A DNA stretch of 64,000 bases from an uncultured Gammaproteobacteria bacterium (GTDB lineage: Bacteria > Pseudomonadota > Gammaproteobacteria > SZUA-229), in contig CAWUSX010000022.1 of NCBI GenBank assembly GCA_963924875.1, positions 36,808-100,807 of the forward strand, in the 5' to 3' direction. Under the pieces are notes generated by a model. That model saw nothing but the letters and a program-made list of their open reading frames with translations, did no database searches and was not told the DNA's origin. Positions 20,175 to 30,173 of the stretch are shown here, in pieces; position 1 is the stretch's first letter; each line of letters opens with the position of its first letter. Made by a program: the position numbers and the translations under genes.

Positions 20175-20450
20175 TTATTCGGCTTCATCGAAGCGATTGT
20201 TAATGAGTTCCATTAATGCCTGAAGACAATTTTCTGCATCCTCACCATCAATATGTAAAATAATTTTACTGCCCTTGCCAGCAGCGAGCATCATCACCCC
20301 CATAATGCTTTTGCCATTTATACGATGGCCCAGTTTTTCAATATCAACGTGACTAGTAAAAGAAGAGGCAATATTCACTAGTTTGGCAGCCGCGCGGGCA
20401 TGTAAACCTAGTTTGTTAATGATTTCAATTTCGTGATTTATGGTACTCAT
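20175..20450 (-). CDS. ptsH: Phosphocarrier protein HPr/NPr
   Basis: GLHARAAAKLV (His-15 site) and NGKSIMGVMML (Ser-46 site). The ATG at 20450 overlaps the EIIA stop in ATGA. Confidence 0.85.
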   Translation of the reverse strand: MSTINHEIEIINKLGLHARAAAKLVNIASSFTSHVDIEKLGHRINGKSIMGVMMLAAGKGSKIILHIDGEDAENCLQALMELINNRFDEAE

Positions 20451-20848
20451 TCTACTTCCGTGCATTCACATAAAAGGATGCCGTCGTGGCCGCCACTGAC
20501 GGCTTTAAGCGCCATATTCTCCAAACTTAGCTGTGGATAATTTAATACACGAATTAGCATGGGTAAATTTATTCCTGAAACTAACTTACAGTTATATTTT
20601 TCAGCTAACTGTTTAGCGATATTGCTTGGGGTCGCACCATATATATCAGTTAAGATGAGTACGCCGTTACCTGTATCGAGTGAGCTTATATAGTTTTTTG
20701 CCTGCTCTAAAACTTTTTCAACAGGGTAATCTAAAGGAACCTCAAGCGCACGTGTTGCTAATGGGCAAGTGTCGAGTATTTGTCTGGCTGTTTCCAGTAA
20801 GCTGGAAGCAATGTGTTGGTGACTAATAAGTAGTAGGCCTACGCTCAT
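20447..20848 (-). CDS. PTS EIIA component, mannose/fructose family
   Basis: 133 aa with the N-terminal LLLISHQHIASSL (His site) and a fold pattern typical of EIIA-Man. No EIIB, EIIC or EIID gene is adjacent. Confidence 0.8.
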   Translation of the reverse strand: MSVGLLLISHQHIASSLLETARQILDTCPLATRALEVPLDYPVEKVLEQAKNYISSLDTGNGVLILTDIYGATPSNIAKQLAEKYNCKLVSGINLPMLIRVLNYPQLSLENMALKAVSGGHDGILLCECTEVE

Positions 20849-20871
20849 GATTTTTTATACTATATAAAAGG

Positions 20872-21729
20872 TTATTCCATTTCTCGGTGGCGAAGTGAAA
20901 CGTTTTCAAACTTGCCCTGGAAATAGGTGTTAAGTAATTCTGCTATATAAACTGAACGGTGTTGCCTGCCAGTGCAGCCAATAGAAACCGTTAAATAATA
21001 TCGGTTTTGTTCTGCAAACTTGGGAATCCAGTATTCTAAAAAATTTCTAATGTGACTAAACATATCGACCACATCATCTTGATCTTTAAAAAAGGCCTGC
21101 ACCTCTGGGTCTTGTCCGGTGAGCGGTCTTAATTGTGGTTCCCAGTGTGGGTTAGGTAAGCAGCGAACATCAAAAACAAAGTCAGAGTCGGTGGGGACGC
21201 TGTGTTTGAAACCAAAGGACTGAATTAAAATCGATAACTGCTTATTTGGCCTGGAAATAATGCGCTGTTTAATGATTGCACGTAACTGGTGGACATTGGT
21301 ATGGGTTGTGTCCAGACATAAGTCTGCCTCGAGTGCGATAGCGGATAATAGATTGCGCTCAATATCAATCGCCTCAGCTAAGGGAATGCCTTTTCGAGTT
21401 AGTGGGTGGCGACGTCTGGTATCGCTGAAGCGTTTTATTAGTTCATTTATTGCCGCTTCAAAATAGATGACTTCAATGTCAATCGTATCGGTTTTTGTGG
21501 CGCGTATAATGTCATTAAAACGATTTAAGTCTTCAGCACCGCTGCGCGCATCAATGCCAACAGCAACCTGATCATATATTTGCATTTGTCGGCTGGTTAA
21601 TTGTTTGGCAAGATCAGGCAGTAGCCCCAGAGGCAAATTGTCTACACAGTAGAAGCCTTCATCTTCAAGGGTATGAAGAGCGACTGATTTCCCCGATCCT
21701 GAGAGTCCGCTGATAATAATTAATTTCAT
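20872..21729 (-). CDS. rapZ: RNase adapter protein RapZ (YhbJ)
   Basis: 285 aa with Walker A GLSGSGKS and C-terminal GCTGGQHRSV-like IGCTGRQHRSV. Confidence 0.92.
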   Translation of the reverse strand: MKLIIISGLSGSGKSVALHTLEDEGFYCVDNLPLGLLPDLAKQLTSRQMQIYDQVAVGIDARSGAEDLNRFNDIIRATKTDTIDIEVIYFEAAINELIKRFSDTRRRHPLTRKGIPLAEAIDIERNLLSAIALEADLCLDTTHTNVHQLRAIIKQRIISRPNKQLSILIQSFGFKHSVPTDSDFVFDVRCLPNPHWEPQLRPLTGQDPEVQAFFKDQDDVVDMFSHIRNFLEYWIPKFAEQNRYYLTVSIGCTGRQHRSVYIAELLNTYFQGKFENVSLRHREME

Positions 21730-21772
21730 ATTATTTTATTGTTGTGTCTTATTTACCAATATTTGTGTGGTG

Positions 21773-22711
21773 TTATGGTTTTTGCAGCATATGCTCTTGT
21801 TGTCTTTGAATAAATTCATCGCTGGCATTGTGACCGCTATCTATCAGAATATGATTTCTAACAGCCGCTTCTACCATTACCGCCAGGTTGCGACCCGATG
21901 CAACCGGTAATCTTATTTCTGTAACTGGTACGTCGAGTATAGTTTTAATGGAACGAGAACCATAGAGCCTGTCAAGTTGTTGCTGGCTTTCCTGTGTCAT
22001 GTGCTCAAGATGAATAACCAATCGCAAATGTTTATTTGGTTTAATTGCATTTTCGCCATACATAGCACGAATATTAAGTACGCCTAAACCGCGAACTTCC
22101 ATAAAATCTTTGAGTACATCAGGGCATGATCCATCGAGCAGGCTTGGGCCTATACGTGAAAAAACAGGTGCATCATCAGCAATTAATCTGTGGCCGCGAG
22201 TGATGAGTTCAAGTGCTAATTCACTTTTACCAACGCTGCTCTCACCAGTGATAAGTACACCGCTGCCCATAACCTCCATAAATACGCCATGTAGAGTGGT
22301 TTTTTCAGAAAGTAAATCTGAGATATAAAAGCGTACTGCATCAATTAGATCACCACTGTTCAAATCACTTTGTAATAATGGCGTGTTCTTTTCATTCGCA
22401 ATGCTGATTAATTCTTCCGGGATTTCCTGGCCATTGGTAAATATAACAGCGGCTGTACGTCGGGTAAAAATATCACTCAAACTATCGTCGTGTGCATTGT
22501 GCTTTTTTAGATAGTGCCATTCTTTTTTACCAATCACCTGAATGCGATTTGGGTGAATTAAATTTAAGTGGCCAATCAATGTGGATTGTTGATTTAAATG
22601 TAATGAACTTTTGAGTGGACGCTGTGCGTTTGCCTTACCTGCAATCCATTTGATGTCTATATTTTCTTGCAGATACTCAAATAAATCGAGAGGTGTAAGC
22701 TGCTGCAACAT
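21773..22711 (-). CDS. hprK: HPr kinase/phosphorylase
   Basis: 312 aa with Walker A GESSVGKSELALELI, followed by HRLIADD and EVRGLG. Confidence 0.9.
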   Translation of the reverse strand: MLQQLTPLDLFEYLQENIDIKWIAGKANAQRPLKSSLHLNQQSTLIGHLNLIHPNRIQVIGKKEWHYLKKHNAHDDSLSDIFTRRTAAVIFTNGQEIPEELISIANEKNTPLLQSDLNSGDLIDAVRFYISDLLSEKTTLHGVFMEVMGSGVLITGESSVGKSELALELITRGHRLIADDAPVFSRIGPSLLDGSCPDVLKDFMEVRGLGVLNIRAMYGENAIKPNKHLRLVIHLEHMTQESQQQLDRLYGSRSIKTILDVPVTEIRLPVASGRNLAVMVEAAVRNHILIDSGHNASDEFIQRQQEHMLQKP

Positions 22712-22714
22712 AAT

Positions 22715-23230
22715 TTAAGAAGCTGCTTGATGTGTGAGCGCCCAACCAGATAGCTGTGTATATAATTCTTCGTCTGTTTTGCAATCTTGAAGCTTTTGGC
22801 AAAAGTCGGTATCACTAAACATGCCCGCTAATGTGGCGAGTATTTGTAAGTGTTCATCCGTGCATTCTTCTGGAACTAATAAGCCAAATAATAAGTCAAC
22901 AGGCTGCTGATCCGGGCTGTCGAAATCGATACTTTGGTCAAGCTTTACAAAGCAACCTATGCCTATTTCCTGTCCCGCTGAATGAAAGTTAAGTCGCCCA
23001 TGAGGTAGAGCTACACCATGTCCCAAGCCGGTCGAGCCCAATCTTTCGCGCTCGATCAGTTGGTGAAAAATATCATTTGGGTCAGTTTCAATTGCTCCCT
23101 GACCGAGTAGTTTGCTAAGTGATTCAAGTGCGCGTTTTTTGCTGCTAATACCGCTTAAGCATTTTGTTCGGTCTGGTGCAATTAAGTGATTGATATTCAT
23201 ACTGCTATTCAGCTGATTACTCAGTGTCAT
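22715..23230 (-). CDS. ptsN: Nitrogen-related PTS EIIA (EIIA-Ntr)
   Basis: SSKKRALESLS, ERERLGSTGLGHGVALPHGR (His site) and QPVDLLFGLLVP. The start is uncertain (ATG at 23230 or 23200, TTG at 23236). Confidence 0.88.
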   Translation of the reverse strand: MTLSNQLNSSMNINHLIAPDRTKCLSGISSKKRALESLSKLLGQGAIETDPNDIFHQLIERERLGSTGLGHGVALPHGRLNFHSAGQEIGIGCFVKLDQSIDFDSPDQQPVDLLFGLLVPEECTDEHLQILATLAGMFSDTDFCQKLQDCKTDEELYTQLSGWALTHQAAS

Positions 23231-23549
23231 CCTCAATGGGTTGTGGCTGCGCCTGTTTCTGGTGATGGTCAGTTATTTTTTCTTTATGCTTCTTAACCTG
23301 CCGATCCAGCTTGTCTATCAAGCTATCAATAGCCGCATACATATTGTCTTCCGTGCTTTCAGCAAAAACATTATTGCCGGCCATATTGATAGTTGCTTCT
23401 GCTTTATGACGAACGTTCTCTACTGTAAGAATTACGTGAGTGTTTGTCACCTTATCGAAGTGCCGTTCTATTCGTTCCATTTTCTCATCTACATAGGCGC
23501 GAAGCGAATCGGTAATATCTATATGGTGCCCAGTTAAATTGATTTGCAT
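23217..23549 (-). CDS. hpf: Ribosome hibernation promoting factor (sigma-54 modulation protein family)
   Basis: 110 aa starting MQINLTGHHIDITDSLRAYV, directly downstream of rpoN. Confidence 0.9.
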   Translation of the reverse strand: MQINLTGHHIDITDSLRAYVDEKMERIERHFDKVTNTHVILTVENVRHKAEATINMAGNNVFAESTEDNMYAAIDSLIDKLDRQVKKHKEKITDHHQKQAQPQPIEDDTE

Positions 23550-23571
23550 AAGGACTCCTTAGTGCGTTGCC

Positions 23572-25122
23572 TCAAGATAGGCGTTTACGTTCGTTTGATG
23601 GCGGTATCATCATGGCTTCTCGATATTTGGCCACAGTTCTACGCGCCACATTAATGCCCTGATCGACCAATAAGTTGGCAAGTTTATTGTCACTCATTGG
23701 TTTTCTGGGCTCTTCACTTTCAATCAGCTTTTTAATCATGGCTCGAATGGCCGTGGCTGAACATTCCCCGCCATCGGACGTGCCGACATGACTGGAAAAG
23801 AAGTATTTGAATTCAAACACACCCTTGGGTGTATGCATATATTTCTGTGTAGTTACCCTGGAAATAGTTGATTCGTGTAGCTCTAATTCTTCGGCAATTT
23901 CACGTAGAACCAGGGGTTTCATGCCTTCTTCACCATAATCAAGAAAGGTGCGTTGGTGTTCTACGATGGATGTTGCGACACGCATCAATGTGTCATTTCT
24001 ACTTTGTAAACTCTTAATAAACCAGCGAGCTTCCTGCATATTGTTTTTCAGGAAGGTATTGTCATCGCTTTGTTTTCCACGTTCTATAAATGCGGCATAA
24101 GTAGGGTTAATGCGCAGTTTAGGCGCAGACTCACCATTAAGTCTAACCGTCCAACGGCCTTCGTTTTTACTAACGAAGACATCGGGAATTACATATTGGG
24201 TAGATGACTTGCTAATGCTGCCACCCGGCTTAGGATTCAGGCATTGTATAAAACGTATGACTTCGGCAAGTTCTTCGTCGTTAATACGATTATAGCGCTT
24301 TAACTTGGCATAATCATGGCTGCCGAGTAGATCCAGGTGATCTTTTACAATTTGTTTGGCTTTTTTAAGGATGGGGACATCGTTTGCGGAGAATTGCTCC
24401 ATTTGCAGCAATAGGCATTCTTTCAGGTTACGAGAACCAACACTGAGTGGATCGAATTGTTGTATTAAGTGTAATACTGCTTCTACTTCATCTAATTCAA
24501 TGTCGAGTTCGCCAACAAGCGAAGTATGAATATCTTCAATTGACTCTTTTAAATAACCGTCTTCATCAATGCCATCAATAATAGACAGCGCAATGGTGCG
24601 GTCAATATCACTCATCGTGGTGGTGAGCAATTGATCCATTAAGTGGTCGAATAATGCGCCATCGGTACTGCTTTGGTTTTCTAAAAATTCACGGGCTTTA
24701 TCATCATCACCAGAAGGTGTGGAGCTTGTGGTAATTGAGGGTTCATAAATATCATCCCACTGAGAATCTACGGGTAGCTCATCAGGCATGTCATTATTGT
24801 TGTCCAGATCCATGTCCTGAGCGGCGCTATCAGACTGTAAATCAGTCATTTCGGCATGCTCGGCATTACCTTCATCTGAATTTTTGCTTAGCTCTGTCGC
24901 TAATTCTTTAGTGGTGTTGTCTTCAGCTGACTGGCTGGTATTCTCCAGTGGGTCAGACGTTAGGCCTTCCTCTTCCACTTCGAGCATTGGGTTGGATTCT
25001 AATACTTCCTGAATTTCGGTTTGTAATTCTAAAGTAGATAATTGCAGCAGACGAATGGCCTGTTGTAATTGGGGAGTCATGGTCAACGATTGACCGATGC
25101 GTAGCTGTAGGGACTGCTTCAT
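23572..25122 (-). CDS. rpoN: RNA polymerase sigma-54 factor
   Basis: 516 aa with a Gln/Leu-rich N-terminus (LQLRIGQSLTMTPQLQQAIRLLQLS), an acidic region and the C-terminal RpoN box ARRTVAKYRE. Confidence 0.97.
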   Translation of the reverse strand: MKQSLQLRIGQSLTMTPQLQQAIRLLQLSTLELQTEIQEVLESNPMLEVEEEGLTSDPLENTSQSAEDNTTKELATELSKNSDEGNAEHAEMTDLQSDSAAQDMDLDNNNDMPDELPVDSQWDDIYEPSITTSSTPSGDDDKAREFLENQSSTDGALFDHLMDQLLTTTMSDIDRTIALSIIDGIDEDGYLKESIEDIHTSLVGELDIELDEVEAVLHLIQQFDPLSVGSRNLKECLLLQMEQFSANDVPILKKAKQIVKDHLDLLGSHDYAKLKRYNRINDEELAEVIRFIQCLNPKPGGSISKSSTQYVIPDVFVSKNEGRWTVRLNGESAPKLRINPTYAAFIERGKQSDDNTFLKNNMQEARWFIKSLQSRNDTLMRVATSIVEHQRTFLDYGEEGMKPLVLREIAEELELHESTISRVTTQKYMHTPKGVFEFKYFFSSHVGTSDGGECSATAIRAMIKKLIESEEPRKPMSDNKLANLLVDQGINVARRTVAKYREAMMIPPSNERKRLS

Positions 25123-25239
25123 ATCTTAAATCAAAACTTCTTATGGTTTTTTGTATATGAACTGTTCAAAATTGAGCCTTATGCAGATGTTGTGCCATTA
25201 ATGTTAATGATAGCAGTCTTCAGTGAAATTGTACTTAAT

Positions 25240-25965
25240 TTATAAACTAAAATTTTGACCTAGATAAACATCTTTGACCTTTTGGTCCTGCAATACCATA
25301 TGTGGGCTACCCTCAGCAATGACCTGTCCGGCGCTCAAAATATAGGCGCGCTGGCAGATACCCAGAGTTTCTCTTACGTTATGGTCGGTAATTAGTACGC
25401 CGATACCTTTTTCAGTGAGCTGTCTAATAATGCGTTGAATTTCTAGTACAGAAATGGGATCGACGCCTGCAAAGGGTTCATCAAGTAGGATAAAATCAGG
25501 CTCTGCAGCCAGTGCCCTGGCAATTTCTACACGGCGGCGCTCACCGCCAGACAAGCTAATGCCTGTATTGTCGCGAATATGGTCTATCTGTAATTCATCA
25601 AGTAAATTTTGCAGCTCCAGCTCTTGCTGTTTTGTATTTAATTCTTCCCGGGTTTGTAATATCGCCAATATATTATCCGCAACGGTGAGTTTGCGAAAAA
25701 TTGAGGCTTCCTGAGGCAGATAGCCAATACCCTGTTTTGCGCGATCATGTATTGGCAGGTGAGTGATGTCCTGGTCATTGAGGAATATGCGCCCCTGGTT
25801 AACCGGGATAAGCCCTACCATCATGTAAAAGCTGGTGGTTTTTCCTGCACCGTTTGGTCCGAGTAAGCCAACGACTTCGCCACTTTGTATGTGAATAGAG
25901 ACATCATCAACAACAGTGCGTTTGCCAAAGCGTTTTATTATATGTTCTGCGTGAAGGATATTCAT
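25240..25965 (-). CDS. lptB: LPS export ABC transporter ATPase LptB
   Basis: 241 aa with [24 protein letters not shown] and [12 protein letters not shown]. Confidence 0.95.
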   Translation of the reverse strand: MNILHAEHIIKRFGKRTVVDDVSIHIQSGEVVGLLGPNGAGKTTSFYMMVGLIPVNQGRIFLNDQDITHLPIHDRAKQGIGYLPQEASIFRKLTVADNILAILQTREELNTKQQELELQNLLDELQIDHIRDNTGISLSGGERRRVEIARALAAEPDFILLDEPFAGVDPISVLEIQRIIRQLTEKGIGVLITDHNVRETLGICQRAYILSAGQVIAEGSPHMVLQDQKVKDVYLGQNFSL

Positions 25966-26492
25966 TGAGACGGTGTTGTCGTGGTTTTTTCGGCAGGCGG
26001 CTCCGGGTGAAGGGTTATTTTTACCCGCGGCTGGGTCTGTTCGTCTGTATTGGTTTTGTTGTCGTAGCCTGCCTTAACAATGTCATTATGTATATCATAA
26101 ATAATGTGTTCACTGCTAAATCTATTCTGATTTTTGATGAGTAAGGCCTGCTGTTTAAGTTCAAGCAGGCTATTCTCAGTCAGATATATCATTTGAAAGC
26201 TTTGCGCGCTAACTTCTTCGTTTAAATCATTCAACTGAAAGAAGGTGGCTGGTTTACCATTCACCTCAATGTGATGTGGTTTGCCGTCGCGATTTTGGAT
26301 AATGACTTCATCACCGGTAATTCGTATGCTACCCCTGGTGATTTTTACATGACCTTTATAAATACTCAGGTTGTCGCGTTCGTGCATTTCAACCTGGTCG
26401 GCTTCAATGTATGCCGGTGCATCTCTGTCAGAATTTTGCGCGAATAATGGCATGCTCACAAGGTATGTAAACAATAGTAATTTAAGGCGCAT
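25962..26492 (-). CDS. lptA: LPS transport periplasmic protein LptA
   Basis: 176 aa with a signal peptide and an OstA-like beta-jellyroll pattern. Sits between lptC and lptB, overlapping both. Confidence 0.85.
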   Translation of the reverse strand: MRLKLLLFTYLVSMPLFAQNSDRDAPAYIEADQVEMHERDNLSIYKGHVKITRGSIRITGDEVIIQNRDGKPHHIEVNGKPATFFQLNDLNEEVSAQSFQMIYLTENSLLELKQQALLIKNQNRFSSEHIIYDIHNDIVKAGYDNKTNTDEQTQPRVKITLHPEPPAEKTTTTPSQ

Positions 26493-27039
26493 TTTTATAA
26501 ACCCCTTTCACCTGTGATTTTAATATGAGATTGCCCTGCAAATTGTCGAGCAGTAAGCCCATGGCATTGAGCTCGGTATATGCGGTTTTTACGCGTGTCG
26601 GATGCTCGTTTTCTGCCACTTTGCTCATGGTGTCTATTTTCAGATAGTCTGTGTAAATAAAAAGTTCGTTTTTTTGTTGTGCGGATTCGCGATGAATAAT
26701 GACATCATCGTATAAATACACTAAGTTTTTATTTTTTTGGTAAACCGCGCGGGTTGCCTGAAGTGTAAAATTTGTGTCGTTCTGTTTGAATTTAATAATC
26801 GGCAGTTCAAGCTCGGCGTTGTCATTATCTGTAAAGTGAATCATTCTGGCGGCGCTTACAATATAGTCGACCTGTCCATTGGCATCCATATTGGTTACGC
26901 TAAAATTTTCCATAAAATAATCGGGCAGGCGCTCACTGGGCAGAATGATATCTTCTAGTTGCTGCTTGCCATCTTCCTGAAACCACAGGCTGAAAATACC
27001 AATAATGATAACTAGAACGAGGCTGATGTAAGTTCGCAT
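26482..27039 (-). CDS. lptC: LPS export system protein LptC
   Basis: 185 aa with a single N-terminal TM helix, positioned between kdsC and lptA. Confidence 0.8.
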   Translation of the reverse strand: MRTYISLVLVIIIGIFSLWFQEDGKQQLEDIILPSERLPDYFMENFSVTNMDANGQVDYIVSAARMIHFTDNDNAELELPIIKFKQNDTNFTLQATRAVYQKNKNLVYLYDDVIIHRESAQQKNELFIYTDYLKIDTMSKVAENEHPTRVKTAYTELNAMGLLLDNLQGNLILKSQVKGVYKNAP

Positions 27040-27056
27040 AAACTAAACGGGCACTT

Positions 27057-27581
27057 TTAGCTGATGTAAGACTGTAACATATCTTGAAGTTTGCCCTGCG
27101 ATTCAAGAATAAGCTCGCACACATCACGGCCGGCGCCACATCCGCCATTACTATCAGTGATCCAGTGTGAATGTTTTTTTACAAAGGCATGGCCGTCTTG
27201 CACGCAAATGGCGAGGCCTACTTTTGTCATAACAGGCAGGTCAACGACGTCGTCGCCCACATACGCGATGTCTTCATGGTTTAAGCCGGTTTCTGCGAGT
27301 AGCTCTTCATAAGCCGGGAGCTTTTCTCGTCTGCCTTGATAGATTCGGCTAATGCCGAGGTCATTAGCGCGATGCTGTACTAATTTAGATTGACGACCGG
27401 TGATAATGGCAACCTCTACGCCACCATCTTGCAGCATGCGTAAGCCATGACCATCCTTTGAGTTAAAGGCCTTATATTCATTGCCGTCATTGTCCAAAAA
27501 AAGTGCGCCAGTTGTGAGTACACCGTCAATATCAAAAATAACCAGTTTTATTTTCGAGGCCTTTTCTAGAATATCTTGCAT
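27057..27581 (-). CDS. kdsC: 3-deoxy-D-manno-octulosonate 8-phosphate phosphatase
   Basis: 174 aa HAD protein with FDIDGVLT and YVGDDVVDLPVM. Confidence 0.9.
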   Translation of the reverse strand: MQDILEKASKIKLVIFDIDGVLTTGALFLDNDGNEYKAFNSKDGHGLRMLQDGGVEVAIITGRQSKLVQHRANDLGISRIYQGRREKLPAYEELLAETGLNHEDIAYVGDDVVDLPVMTKVGLAICVQDGHAFVKKHSHWITDSNGGCGAGRDVCELILESQGKLQDMLQSYIS

Positions 27582-27610
27582 TGTTTAGATCCTTAAAATT
27601 CGGGGGAGCG

Positions 27611-28609
27611 TTAAACAACGCCTGCACGCAGTAAGTCGTGCATATTCAGTGCGCCAATTAGGCCGTTGTTCTCATCTACCACTAACATGGCGTTAATTTT
27701 ATTTTGCTGCATTACAGTAAGAGCCTCGGCGGCAAGAATGTTTGACCGTATGGTTTTGCAATTGGCCGTCATCACAGCCTTTACGGCTGCGGTGTGGACA
27801 TCTATGTTTTTGTCCAATGTGCGGCGCAGATCGCCATCGGTATATATACCTATGACTTGTTGTTGTTTATTTACAATGGCGGTCATGCCGAGGTTTTTCT
27901 GTGTAATTTCTAATAGTGCATCACGCAGGCTGGCATCTTCGCCCACCATGGGGATGTCTTTACCGGTGTGCATAATGTCTTTCACATGTAACAGTAAGCG
28001 CCTGCCCAAGCTGCCGCCAGGGTGGGAGAGGGCGAAATCCTCTTCAGTAAAACCGCGGGCATCAAGCAGGGCAATGGCCAGCGCATCACCAAACACCAGG
28101 GCGACGGTGGTGCTGGATGTGGGGGCCAGACCTAATGGGCACGCTTCTTTTTCTATCGTCGCATCCAGGTTGATATCCGCTTCAGTGGAAAGAGTGGAGT
28201 TTGGCTTGCCGGTAATGCTGATCATTGGTACTGAAAGGCGTTTTATAATGGGCAAAATCGTTAAAATTTCACTCGTTTCACCTGAGTTGGAAAGTGCGAT
28301 GACAACATCTTTTGGTGTAATCATGCCCAGGTCGCCATGGCTCGCTTCACCGGGGTGTACGAAAAACGCGGGGGTGCCTGTGCTGGCCAGAGTAGCCGCT
28401 ATCTTATTGCCAATATGCCCGGACTTACCCATGCCCGTTACTACCACTCGGCCTTCACAGGCCAGTATAAGCTCGCAGGCCTTAACAAAATTGTCGTCGA
28501 TACGTGACTTTATGGCCTCGATTGCAGCGAGTTCTGTCTCTACAACCGCCAGCCCTAATTTCTTCGTCTGCTGAGGGTTGAGTCGGCTTTTTTGAGGTGG
28601 TTGATTCAC
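27611..28609 (-). CDS. kdsD: Arabinose-5-phosphate isomerase
   Basis: 332 aa with an SIS domain (VTGMGKSGHIG) and tandem CBS domains. GTG start. Confidence 0.93.
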   Translation of the reverse strand: MNQPPQKSRLNPQQTKKLGLAVVETELAAIEAIKSRIDDNFVKACELILACEGRVVVTGMGKSGHIGNKIAATLASTGTPAFFVHPGEASHGDLGMITPKDVVIALSNSGETSEILTILPIIKRLSVPMISITGKPNSTLSTEADINLDATIEKEACPLGLAPTSSTTVALVFGDALAIALLDARGFTEEDFALSHPGGSLGRRLLLHVKDIMHTGKDIPMVGEDASLRDALLEITQKNLGMTAIVNKQQQVIGIYTDGDLRRTLDKNIDVHTAAVKAVMTANCKTIRSNILAAEALTVMQQNKINAMLVVDENNGLIGALNMHDLLRAGVV

Positions 28610-28641
28610 AGTTTGTCCATATTATGTAATAGGTTTTGTAT

Positions 28642-29643
28642 TTATTGCGTCACACTAAAGTATAGGATTACCTGATAGGCGGCAAATATAACTAGCAATA
28701 TAGCACCCTCAAAACGGGTAATAGTACCTGCGTTTTTAAGCCCAAAGGCCATTACAAGCATTAATAGTGTTAGCCCGACCATAATGGGTAAGTCACGGCT
28801 TAGCACACCAGCGTCTAAGATTGCTGGCTGAATTAAACCGGTAACGCCTAATACGCCCAGAGTATTGAACATGTTTGAGCCAATGACATTGCCTAAAGCA
28901 ATATCGTGCTCACCCTTGCGGGCGCTCATTACTGAGGCGGCTAATTCAGGCAGACTGGTGCCGATGGCGACAATGGTCAGGCCAATAATTAAGTCGCTAA
29001 CACCCAGTACAGTGGCAATATTGATAGCGCCCCATACCAGTAATTTTGAGCTGAAAAGTAAGATAATGATGCCAGAGAGTAAAAGCAGCGAGGCCTTTTT
29101 CGAAGGCATATCTTCGGGAACCTCCTGTTCAAATTCACTGCTTAAAGGATCGGCTTCATCGCCGCTTTGTAAGTTACGTCTGCGTTGTTGAAGTGCGCTA
29201 CGAACAATCCAGACCATTAATATGGCTAGTAATACAAACATTAAAATGCCATCTACAAAGCCCAAATGATTGTCATATGATAATAAAATCACCGCTGCAA
29301 TGGTGGCAATGAGCAGCAATGGGTATTCTCGCTTTAAAATACCCGAGTGCACACTCAGAGGCACCACCACGGCGGTGGCGCCTAATACTAAAGCGATATT
29401 GGTAATATTTGAGCCAATGGCGTTGCCTACGGCGAGGGCTGGGTTACCCCCCAAAGAGGCGATGGATGCGACTAAAATTTCCGGCGCAGAGGTACCAAAT
29501 CCAACAATGGTGAGGCCGATAATAAGCGGTGATATACCTAAATTACGTGCAGTGGCAGAGGCGCCGGTTACAAATAAATCGGCGCTCCAAATTAATAGTG
29601 CAAAGCCTGCGAGTATGGCGGCTATATCAATTAAACTAGACAC
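28642..29643 (-). CDS. yrbG: Ca2+/Na+ antiporter family inner membrane protein (YrbG-like)
   Basis: 333 aa polytopic protein with two alpha-repeats (GTSAPE and GTSLPELA; GNAIGSNI and GNVIGSNM). Confidence 0.88.
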   Translation of the reverse strand: MSSLIDIAAILAGFALLIWSADLFVTGASATARNLGISPLIIGLTIVGFGTSAPEILVASIASLGGNPALAVGNAIGSNITNIALVLGATAVVVPLSVHSGILKREYPLLLIATIAAVILLSYDNHLGFVDGILMFVLLAILMVWIVRSALQQRRRNLQSGDEADPLSSEFEQEVPEDMPSKKASLLLLSGIIILLFSSKLLVWGAINIATVLGVSDLIIGLTIVAIGTSLPELAASVMSARKGEHDIALGNVIGSNMFNTLGVLGVTGLIQPAILDAGVLSRDLPIMVGLTLLMLVMAFGLKNAGTITRFEGAILLVIFAAYQVILYFSVTQ

Positions 29644-29672
29644 AAATTATCCAACAATAAATAAAGAGCGCA

Positions 29673-30173
29673 ATGATACACGATAACTTACAACAAAATG
29701 AATCCACATCTATTGAAAACTCAATAAGAGTGGGCGCCTGTGGTTGGGATCATCTTCAGTGGCAGGGTACATTTTATCCCGATGACTTGCCAGAGGACTG
29801 GCGGCTGAATTATTACGCCAATGAATTCTCGACAGTGTTAATTGCCGAAGATGATTGGCGGTTTCATTTAGATACGCTAGGCGAGTGGATTGATGAGGTG
29901 CCAGAAGGGTTTCGTTTTTATTTGCAATCATCTGTGGATAATCCACCTGAACTAGCACAAATAAAAGCTCAATTAGGAGAGTCTTTTGCTGGAATATTGG
30001 GTGCCTCATCGGCGTCTGTGATGATTGAGTTTTCAAGTAGAAGCCTCAGAGAGTGGAGGGCGTGGCTCGAGCAAAATGCTTCACAGCTGAAGGCTATTTT
30101 TATTGCGGATGAAAACCTATTGGTAAAAAAACTGTCTGAGTTTAAATCTTTAGTCGAAATGTTAAATTTGTAG
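29673..30173 (+). CDS. Short DUF72-like protein (N-terminal DUF72 motif only)
   Basis: IRVGACGWDHLQWQGTFYPDDLPEDWRLNYYANEFSTV resembles the DUF72 N-terminus (GTSGW..W.G.FYP...L.YYA..F..VE). At 166 aa the ORF is much shorter than typical DUF72 proteins. Confidence 0.45.
   Translation: MIHDNLQQNESTSIENSIRVGACGWDHLQWQGTFYPDDLPEDWRLNYYANEFSTVLIAEDDWRFHLDTLGEWIDEVPEGFRFYLQSSVDNPPELAQIKAQLGESFAGILGASSASVMIEFSSRSLREWRAWLEQNASQLKAIFIADENLLVKKLSEFKSLVEMLNL

Noticed and set aside
27666-28574. 302-aa plus-strand ORF, the longest unannotated ORF in the track
   Set aside because: It lies entirely antisense to kdsD, whose SIS and CBS motifs are unambiguous. Its translation is Ser/Arg/Ala/Thr-rich low-complexity sequence typical of a shadow ORF, and it has no SD or independent signals.
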